Assembly (NCBI GenBank): GCA_963816395.1
Contig: CAWFKQ010000005.1
Location: 416,001-480,000, forward strand
DNA length: 64,000 bases
Direction of reading: 5' to 3'
Source: an uncultured delta proteobacterium
GTDB taxonomy: Bacteria > Desulfobacterota > Desulfuromonadia > Desulfuromonadales > JACZKF01
Part shown: piece by piece, positions 12,613 through 20,762 of the stretch
Numbering within the stretch: position 1 is the first letter of the stretch
How the letters are laid out: the number at the start of each line of letters is the position of its first letter
The notes under the pieces: model-generated
Told to the model about the DNA's origin: nothing
The model's database searches: none
The model's input: only the letters and a program-made list of their open reading frames with translations
Translations under genes and position numbers: made by a program

Positions 12613-12891
12613 TTAATGATAGTCGACGATTTCTACCTCGTGGGGGCCATCTTCTCGCCACTCGAAACAGACCCGCCATTGTTTATTGATGCGAATGCTA
12701 AACAGGCCCTTTCGATCTCCCCCCAAAGCTTCCAGACGGTTACTGGGAAGGCCTGCCAGATCTTCCAGGCAAGTGGCGCTTTCTAGAATCTGAAGTCGAC
12801 GTTCCGCCTGGGCAGAGAAACCATCGAATCGCCTGACCCGCCGCCCCTGATAGAGCGCTTCGGTATCTTTACCCCTGAAGCTCCGAATCAT
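12613..12891 (-). CDS. higB: HigB toxin, second copy
   Basis: Identical to copy 1 except NRLEALGG vs NRLEVLGG. Confidence 0.9.
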   Translation of the reverse strand: MIRSFRGKDTEALYQGRRVRRFDGFSAQAERRLQILESATCLEDLAGLPSNRLEALGGDRKGLFSIRINKQWRVCFEWREDGPHEVEIVDYH

Positions 12892-13071
12892 ACTTTCATC
12901 TTAGGTTTCGTTACGCTTTACGTCAAGCATAACATCGGAGGACGAGGTTTTCATGCGCACGATTCTTGGCCTATGAAACTTTAAAAATCAAGAACGTCCC
13001 CTTGCCTTTACAAAAATCAAGAACGTCCCCTTGTCTTCCCATTAGGACGTCCCCTCGACTTTTATGGCGCA

Positions 13072-13105
13072 CAAAAAAGCCCCCCCTGCCGAGGGCAGGG
13101 GGGGC
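13072..13105 (-). terminator. Rho-independent terminator after the OmcB-like gene
   Basis: AAAAAA GCCCCCCCTGCC-GAG-GGCAGGGGGGGC (T run on minus strand). Confidence 0.8.
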
Positions 13106-13147
13106 GATGTGCATCAGACTGCCAGTTGCACAGTCCTAGTAAGAGTT

Positions 13148-16100
13148 TTACCTGCGAGCGGTACCCAGCCATACCGCCGCCAGCGGGTAACTCGTGCTGT
13201 AGTCGGCAATGGCGTCGTTCAAGCTGCCGTCCTGGAGGAAGTCAATGGCGTCGAACAGCAGGCGCTTGACATACCAGCGGTTGTGAGCAAATCCGCCCGG
13301 CTCGTCGTCGGTGTACTTGTAGTTCTGGAAGGCGCCGTAAGCGTCGAGAGGCGCGGTGTCATAGCCATCTGCGCTATAAGCAGGATCTGTCAAAGGCACA
13401 TCGGTCTTAAAGCCAAGGTCAAATTGTAGCCAAGGTAGTTCGTCAGCCCGTTGTTCTGGGCCAGAAGGTCACCCAGCAACTCGATAGCCTGGTCGTAACC
13501 TGCCTTCTCTTCTTCAAGCTTGGCCACCGTCATGGCGTAACCGCCGGAATGGCAGGCGTCGCAAGGTGGTTGGGTGTTGATGATGTCCTGGCCGGCGGCA
13601 TCCTTGCCAAGAATTTCCCAGCTATGGTTGGCGCTGTCGCCCATATGGCAGGCGACGCAAGGCCCGGAGGTCCCGGTGCCTTCAATGACTTCTGTTTTGA
13701 CCACCTGGGTGTACGGATAGCTGGGGATAGCGACAGTTTCTTCCGTAAAGGCGCCGATTTCATCATGCTCGAAGTGGTTTTCGGTGCCGTCTTTCTTCAA
13801 CCGGCTGTCGTACTCCTGCCCGTCATACTCATAGGCAATGTGGGTCTGAGCGCTGAAAAGCGTTCCGGCGGCCGTGCCGTGATGCCCGGCGAAGCGGCTG
13901 CTGCGGGGATCGTTTACGATGTTGTCTTTATTTCCGCGGCCGGCATGGCAGTTTACGCAGGTATTGGAAGCGCCGATCTTTGTACCGGCTTCACCGACCT
14001 GAATGACGATCTGATTTTCGCCATAGGTGTAATTGAGGGTGAAAACGTCGGTTTTACGCAGGGCACCCGATTCCGCATTGCTGTGACAGGCCCAGCAGTA
14101 GAGAAGCTCGGCCTGGGGCGACCCGGTGGTGGCGGTCCAGGCCTGCAGATAAGAGAAATTGTTTGTGTTGAAGTCATAAGAGGACGGGTAATCCGTCGCA
14201 TTTGCCGCAGCCATGCGATTCACAAAACCGGTGGCGGTGTGGCACTGCTGGCAGTCACCACGGTCAGAGATGACGGTGGTTCCATCGGTATCCAATTTAC
14301 TCGTCTTATTCCATGGATAATGAGCCCAGGAATGATCAGTGCCGTTGGAGCCTGCCGCCATTACCGCGTCGACTTGGGCCGTGGTCTTGGTGGACCCGCC
14401 GTTATCGAAAGCAGCTTGGAGCTTGGCGGTCAGAAGTCCGCCGGCATGGCCGGATTGCGCCCACTGGGTAAAGATGGTCGGATCGCCCGAACCGGTATCC
14501 CCGGTGTAATGGGGGGTATTGGTCCGCAGTTCGTGTCCGTGACAATCGAAACAGGGGCTGTCGCTTCCTTCGCGGAGGTTGTAGCCCTCGATCAGGTCGG
14601 CGGTATCCGGATGGTCATAGTGTGTGGTCGGGATATTCCGGTACCAGCTGTCCTCATGGTGCATCATATTCTCGCCGTTGTTGCCGGAACCGAAAAGGAC
14701 GCCACTGTTATCTTTGAAGGGATGGCAGCTGGTGCAGGTGTCATACTGGTCGGCACCATTACCATTGGGATCCCAACCGGCGATTTCGCGCAGTTCACCT
14801 GTGTGCGGGTCATGGCAGGCGGCGCATGTCGGGGGATTCTCAGCATCGATGCTGGTGATTCCAGCAGTTGCAATAGCCTCATCCGTGCCTGTAGCACCAG
14901 GGACAGCGCTAAAGGCAACAGCGCCTTCGGCAGAGTGGCAGCGGAGACAGGTAGTACTTGTGCTCTCAAAACCATGGTTTTCTTCATTGGCGTGCTTCGA
15001 TGCGGCAACTAGGGCTACCATATTCGGGCCGTGAGTGGAATGCTGGACGGCGCGATCATGGCAGGCAACACAACCTTCGATTGCACTGCTCGGCTCGAAG
15101 GAATGCTCGTCATTGTGGCAACCACGGCAGCCGACAATAGCAAACCCGTTTTCAGCATTCACTTCGCCATTTGGCGAATGGCAGCTGGCGCACGCCACAT
15201 TATCACTGGCATGCTCATTACCAGCAGCTTTAGGGCTGGCGGCCCAAGCATTTTTCAGGGAAGAATCATGGCAGCTGAGGCAGGCATCGGCCTGGAACTC
15301 GCCGTTGTGCGGCGCATCACCATGGCAATCGGTGCAGGCCCTGTGATTGTGGGTGCCGGCATCGTAGGTGGAGACTACCTCGGGAGTGCTGTTGATGTGA
15401 CAGGCGGTGCACAGCTGATTTGTGATCTCATATTCTCGAACCACATTGATGGTGGCTTCCTTAGTGGCGCTGGCATTATCAGTGGTGATGGCCAAAGTCA
15501 CCGTGTAGGGGGTGTCACAATTCGGGCTAAAGGTAAAAATCAGCGAGGAGCTTGCAGCCTGACTAAATGCATCTGTTTCCGTTGCGGGATCAACGGTGCC
15601 GTCATGATTTTTATCACAAGCACTGGACGCGCTGAAAGCGTACTGAATACCCGAATCATTAGTAGTGGTGCCATTTGCGTTGACGGTGATCGGGTTGCGC
15701 CGGATTGCCTTCACGGGCGCCGACAAAACCGGCTTGATCCAGGGCACCAAGATGAATTCAGCACTTACAGTGGTGCTGGCAGCATCCACAGTGTAGGGAA
15801 CCGTTTTCACTTGGCCGGCACTTGCCGCACCGAAATCAGCGTCGGTATATTCATTCGTCCCAACGGTGATTTTGTTGACTTTGTAATCGGTATTGGGCAT
15901 AGCCTTGATGCCAATGGTGGTCCCAAAAGCCAGCTTGGTGAAACCGGTCATGGAACTGGCGGAGCCGGACTGCAGCACGACCGAGCCGCCCGCCTGCTTG
16001 CTGACGCTCACCGCGCCGATAGCGGAGGAGGACTGGCCCCAGGCGACGGTGAGGCTCTGGGAGTTTTCTGGAACCGTGGTATAAATCGGTGCCTCCGTCT

Positions 16101-16391
16101 TGCACCGAGCCCACGTAATCGACGGCAACATCGGCGGCAATATTGGTGCTAAGAACGACAGTTGCTGTTGCATCGCCGGTCAGCTGCACATAATTGTTCC
16201 CGCCCTTGCAGTGCCGTGATGTAGGTGGACGGATCAGACGGATCCAACGTGCCACTGGTTTCATCCTGAATATAAACTGTCCCCAAGCTGCTGCCCCCGC
16301 TCACCTTGACGAACAACGTCCAGGCGTGGGCGAAGGACGGCACCGTCAGCAGCAGGAGTGCCATAACGATGAATGTTCCGTGTCTGCGCAT
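13148..16391 (-). CDS. Large multiheme cytochrome c (15 CxxCH), OmcB/OmcC-like C-terminus, N-terminal beta-rich region; frameshifted
   Basis: Signal peptide at 16391; 15 CxxCH counted in 13390-16173 ORF; C-term EPGGFAHNRWYVKRLLFDAIDF in 13148-13399. Confidence 0.8.
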
Positions 16392-16484
16392 TCTTATGCT
16401 CCTCTAAGATTTAATGAACCAGACATTTATCCCCGAAGTACATCGGCCCGGGCAGAAATGAAGTCGGGCCATGGCACTCGCCAG

Positions 16485-17251
16485 TTATTTGATATGGCAG
16501 GTCAGGCAGAGTGCGGAGTCCTTCTGCGGCGCCAGCACCAGGTAGTTGGCCATCTGCTCGGATGCTGTCCATGTTCATCTTGTTGTGGACGTCATGGCAG
16601 GTGGCGCAGGTCATGTACTGCCCCTGGTACAGCCGATCGACGACTTTCACCCTGATAGGTGTTGTCCTTGTACTTCAGCACGCCGGAGGCCGCTTCGCGG
16701 ATCCAGGGATCCTCGAAGCTGTCGCGGCCGGAGACGTCAGCGCTGGCCGGATCGCCGTTAGTCGGGCCGATGGCGACTTCGTTGTAGTTGAAGCCGATCG
16801 GATGATCGTCGAGCAGCTTGTTGTCGCCGGCGCCGATGCCCGGCTGACCCCAGCTGTCGCCGCTCAGGGTATTGACGACGCCGGCGAAGTTGTAGTGCTG
16901 GTCGGGGGCGATGGAGCCGTCATGGCAGGTCATGCACAGACGGCTGGGGCCGATGGCGATATCGCTGGCGTAATCGGAGGCGTTGATGGTCGGCGAGGTG
17001 TACGGGCTGAAGGTCTCGGTGTCGAGTTGCCGGGACCAGAGGGGATAATAGGCGTTCGGGTCGGAATCCAGATAAGCATGGTGCGGCGTGTGGCAGAAGG
17101 CGCAGACGCGGTCGTTGCCGCCGAAATCGACCGCGTGTGCCGAGAACCTCATGTCATGGGGGGATTGCAGGACCCCGTCCCCAGGGCCGGCGGCGGCAAC
17201 GCCGGCGGACAGGGCTACAATCAGTGTAGCAACCAGCAGACTCTTCTTCAT
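16485..17251 (-). CDS. Tetraheme outer-surface cytochrome c, OmcE-like (copy 2), frameshifted near 3' end
   Basis: CAFCH, CMTCH, CATCH, terminal SALCLTCHIK* (stop 16485); close paralog of 9260-10030. Confidence 0.8.
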
Positions 17252-17491
17252 TCTTTCTCTCCTTGTGATCGTTGAATTCAGAACCTTTCCCTTGCCTTGG
17301 GTGTTCCGTACTGCTCCTCGCGACCTCCTTTCCGCCCCACCCCTCCAGACAAAATGAGGCTTATAATTAATATGGAATAATTAACCATGGCCAAAATTAC
17401 CATATTATTGGCGATGGTCAATTAACATTTTGTAATTTTTTTTAATTGAATTTTACTTAACGGTGGGAGCGCGAGGGGTGGGCGCCTAAGG

Positions 17492-17596
17492 TCACCCCCC
17501 TGTCTCGCTGCGCGAGCCTTCCCCCCTGCTGCGCAAGGGGGATTCTGCTGCATTGCCCCCCTTGTTTACAGGGGGGTGCCCGCAGGGCGGGGGGGC
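17492..17596. repeat. REP-like double-hairpin element family A
   Basis: TCACCCCCCTGTCTCGCTGCGCGAGCCTTCCCCCCTGCTGCGCAAGGGGGA..TGTTTACAGGGGGG; near-identical at 19406. Confidence 0.85.
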
Positions 17597-17615
17597 AGGG
17601 CAAAAAAGGATAAGG

Positions 17616-19361
17616 CTAGTAGACCGCCGGGTTGCCGACGGTGGCGGGATGGCAGGTGTAGCCTGCCTGGCTCGGGCCGGGCAGGGAGCAGCTGCGGCCG
17701 GAGGCGCTGTAGGCCGCAGCTGCGGGGACGTAGCGGAGGTCAAAATTGACCAGGTGCTTGCCATTATCGGAGGTGGTGAGCCCGGCAATGAACGGCACCC
17801 CGTGCGGATCGTGGCAGACGGAGCAGGAAACCCGGGCGGTGTTGCCGGAGGGGTGAATGCCGTAGACGTGGGCTTTATGCAGAGCGGCCGAGTCAGAGCT
17901 GCCCATCAGGTAGGATTCGTCATGACAGCTGTAGCAAAGGGGGTAGTCGGTGGCCTGCCCGGAAGAGAAGGTGTCGCGATTGGCGGCGCGCAGCATGTGC
18001 GGCTCGGCGGAGCCGTGGGAGTCGTGGCAGCTGTTGCAGTAGATGTAGTCGGTCACCGCGGTGCTCCGGAGACTGCGGCCGGAGCCGGTGCGGGAAGCGG
18101 CGACGGGATGGAAGGAGACGGCCGATGCGGGGTTGAAGCGCTCGCTCTCGTCGAGGGATTCGAATTGCCGCACCACCTCCAGGGTCGGGTCGTTGTAATT
18201 GCCCGCCCGGGCGGCCGAACCGGCATGGCAGCGGAAGCAGACCTGGTACTCATAAGCGGCCGGGATGACGTTCTCGCCGTTGAGGGCGACCCCCCGCACC
18301 CCCTGGAGCAGGCCGTTGACCGCCGGCGCCCGGGCCGCCGCCAGCGGCGCGTCCTGCCAGCGGGCCTGATGCGGGTTGTGGCAGTCGACGCAGTGCACGT
18401 GCTTGCGGTTGCCGGCCAGGGGAAGCCCCTCCGGCACCGAATGCTCCTCCGCCCCGGCATCGTAGGCGAGCGGGTGGACATAGCGGCCGGCGGGACTGAA
18501 CTGGGCCGGGATATCGGAGTAGATGCCCGTGCCGTTGTGGCAGGCGGCGGTGCAGTTGCTGTCCAGACCGGCGCCGACCGAGGCGAGTTTCAGCAGATCT
18601 TCCCCGCGCTCGGCGCCATGCGGCAGGTGGCAGCTGACACAGCCGTTTTTCGCCACCGCCTGCGGCTCCGCGCCGGAATTGCGCGTTCCGCCGGTCTGAT
18701 GGTCGCTGCCGCTCCAGCCGGTTTTGTCATGACAGAGGGTGCAGAGGGCATCGGCGTGGCTGGAGACATCCGCGACCAGGAAATTGCCGAAGGCGTTGTC
18801 GTGCGGATCGTGGCAGGAGGTGCATTCGACGTACAAGGAACCGCCGCGGCGGACCAGTCTCACCCGGTTGCCGCGCAGGGTGTCGGCAGGGTGGAATTCG
18901 TCCGGGTTCTGGCCGTATTCCATGGACACGGGATGGTCGTCGCGCAGATCCTGGCCGATGACGGCCGTGCGCCGCTCCGATGGCGCCGGATAGCTCGCCA
19001 GGGACGATACGTTATCATCGGGATTTCCCGGGGCGGCCATGGCAATGGTGCCGTCATGGCAGCTCAGGCAGAGGCGCGAGGGCCCCAGCGGCTGCCCCGG
19101 CCGGGCGACGATGGTGGCGGAATCGTAAGGGGTGTAGGAGTTGGTATTTTCCTTCCGGCTCCACAGCGGACCGGGGTATTCCGCGTCGGAGAGCAGGGTG
19201 GCATGGTGCGGCGTGTGGCAGAAGATGCAGACCCGCTCCTCGACCGAGGACTTGATCCGCGCCGAGCTGCCGACGGAGAGGTTGTGCGGCGAATCGAGCA
19301 CGCCGCCGGCGTACGCCGGCGCGGCTTGGGTCATGACCGCCAGCAGCAGAATCACGCCCAT
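17616..19361 (-). CDS. Multiheme cytochrome c (10 CxxCH + CX3CH + CX11CH) with OmcE-like N-terminal module
   Basis: SPHNL..CIFCHTPH..CLSCHDG..DDHPVS..CTSCHDPH..; CTAACH; CSLPGPSQAGYTCH. Confidence 0.85.
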   Translation of the reverse strand: MGVILLLAVMTQAAPAYAGGVLDSPHNLSVGSSARIKSSVEERVCIFCHTPHHATLLSDAEYPGPLWSRKENTNSYTPYDSATIVARPGQPLGPSRLCLSCHDGTIAMAAPGNPDDNVSSLASYPAPSERRTAVIGQDLRDDHPVSMEYGQNPDEFHPADTLRGNRVRLVRRGGSLYVECTSCHDPHDNAFGNFLVADVSSHADALCTLCHDKTGWSGSDHQTGGTRNSGAEPQAVAKNGCVSCHLPHGAERGEDLLKLASVGAGLDSNCTAACHNGTGIYSDIPAQFSPAGRYVHPLAYDAGAEEHSVPEGLPLAGNRKHVHCVDCHNPHQARWQDAPLAAARAPAVNGLLQGVRGVALNGENVIPAAYEYQVCFRCHAGSAARAGNYNDPTLEVVRQFESLDESERFNPASAVSFHPVAASRTGSGRSLRSTAVTDYIYCNSCHDSHGSAEPHMLRAANRDTFSSGQATDYPLCYSCHDESYLMGSSDSAALHKAHVYGIHPSGNTARVSCSVCHDPHGVPFIAGLTTSDNGKHLVNFDLRYVPAAAAYSASGRSCSLPGPSQAGYTCHPATVGNPAVY

Positions 19362-19405
19362 CTATTTCCATGCGATTCCATGAACGACTCTCATGAAAAA
19401 CGTAA

Positions 19406-19514
19406 TCACCCCCCTGTCTCGCTGCGCGAGCCTTCCCCCCTGCTGCGCAAGGGGGATACTGCGCGCTGTGCCCCTCCTGTTTACAGGGGGGGTGCCCCGG
19501 AGGGGCGGGGGGGT
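19406..19514. repeat. REP-like double-hairpin element family A
   Basis: Direct-repeat copy of 17492-17596. Confidence 0.85.
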
Positions 19515-20602
19515 CCCCTCTCGCCCCTAGCCTCCAGCCCCTTGCCGACGATCCTGAACACCTGCACCCGCCGGTTGTAGGTATCGGCGACATAAAGGGT
19601 ATCCTGGCCGTCGATGAAGATCCCGGAAGGCATCCAGAATTCCCCTGCCTTGCCGCCCCGGCCGCCGATGTCCAGCACCGGCGCCCCCGAGGCGGCGAAG
19701 AGATCGACGGCGTCGAGGAGGGCATCGCAGACGTAGATATGTCCTCCGCTGTCCACGGCCACCCCTTTCGGCCGGTAAAAGCCGCCGGGAGAGCCGATCG
19801 CGCCGCCCAGAGACTGCAGGAATTCACCCTGCATGGAGAAAACCTGCACCCGGGCATTCAGCGGATCGGTGACATAGATCTTCCCTGCCGCGTCGATGAA
19901 CAGGTCGGTCGGGTAATTCAGCTCCCCCTCCCCTTCCCCGCGGCCGCCGAGGCGCAGGCGCTCCTGCCCGGCGAGGTCGAAAGCGACGATCTGGTGGGCG
20001 AGGGTATCGGTGACGTAGAGGAGGCGGTTTTGCCGGTTAAAGGCGATCCCGGTCGGCCGCTGCAGGCGGGCAAAGGCCGCGACAGAGCCGTCACCGAGCC
20101 GATAACGGTAGACGGTGCCGGCGGCCGAATCGGTGATGTAGAGGTTCTCCCGGTCGTCGCCGGTGACCGCGATCGGCATCCGGAAAGGCTTGCCGCCGGC
20201 CGCGCTGATCATCGCATAGCGGTTCTTGCCCCGGTCCATGAGGTGGACCACGCCCCGGCCGGGATCGGCGATGAACAGCCGTTCTTGGTCGTCGGCGTAG
20301 ATGCCATAGGGCCTGCCGATGGCCTCATCCTTGCCGCCGGCAAGAAAATCGGCAAACTTCCTCCAGAAGCCCTTGGTAATGCCCGCATCCTCGAAATTCC
20401 GGACCTGCCCGAGCCACTCAAGGCGGGCGGGCGCCGGCGCCGGCGGCCACTGCAACCGGGGACCAGCCACCGGTTGGCGCCAGGTCGGCGGCGCCGAGCA
20501 GGCGGCCAGCAGGAGGCAGCAGAGGAGGAGCCGGCCGCAGGAGCGGGGGCGGGAGCCGGCGCGGGATAAGGGAATTCTCCTGATGTGCATGGCCTCACTC
20601 AC
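19481..20602 (-). CDS. NHL-repeat beta-propeller lipoprotein
   Basis: LAAC lipobox; WPPAP.PARL; repeated P.GIA.D..YV.D..N.RVQVF. Confidence 0.9.
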   Translation of the reverse strand: MSEAMHIRRIPLSRAGSRPRSCGRLLLCCLLLAACSAPPTWRQPVAGPRLQWPPAPAPARLEWLGQVRNFEDAGITKGFWRKFADFLAGGKDEAIGRPYGIYADDQERLFIADPGRGVVHLMDRGKNRYAMISAAGGKPFRMPIAVTGDDRENLYITDSAAGTVYRYRLGDGSVAAFARLQRPTGIAFNRQNRLLYVTDTLAHQIVAFDLAGQERLRLGGRGEGEGELNYPTDLFIDAAGKIYVTDPLNARVQVFSMQGEFLQSLGGAIGSPGGFYRPKGVAVDSGGHIYVCDALLDAVDLFAASGAPVLDIGGRGGKAGEFWMPSGIFIDGQDTLYVADTYNRRVQVFRIVGKGLEARGERGPPRPSGAPPL

Positions 20603-20609
20603 ATGGGCA

Positions 20610-20710
20610 ACTCCCTCTCCCTTGATGGGAGAGGGCCGGGGAGAGGGTGATTGCGGGACATACCCGAACTGCCCCCCCTCCCCTCAGTCCCCTCCCACCA
20701 GGGGAGGGGA
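20610..20710. repeat. REP-like palindrome family B
   Basis: CTCCCTCTCCCTTGATGGGAGAGGG..CCCTCCCACCAGGGGAGGGG; related copy at 27327. Confidence 0.75.
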
Positions 20711-20762
20711 TGTTCATAAACTGCGGGACCAAGCGGAAAGTAGACAAACAGACTGCTCCCCC

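Larger units (their letters stand above)
11959..13054. repeat. Direct-repeat array of the 26-bp site with nested truncated higBA copies
   Basis: AAACTTTAAAAATCAAG(A/G)ACGTCCCC at 11959-11984, 12100-12125, 12305-12330, degenerate ~12423-12460, 12976-13001; partial 13012-13030, 13046-13054. Confidence 0.9.

Noticed and set aside
11959..13054. CRISPR array
   Set aside because: Intervals are 24-540 bp and are copies of the same higBA sequence rather than unique spacers; no cas genes
11278..13054. Classical integron
   Set aside because: No tyrosine-recombinase integrase and no RYYYAAC..GTTRRRY attC palindromes
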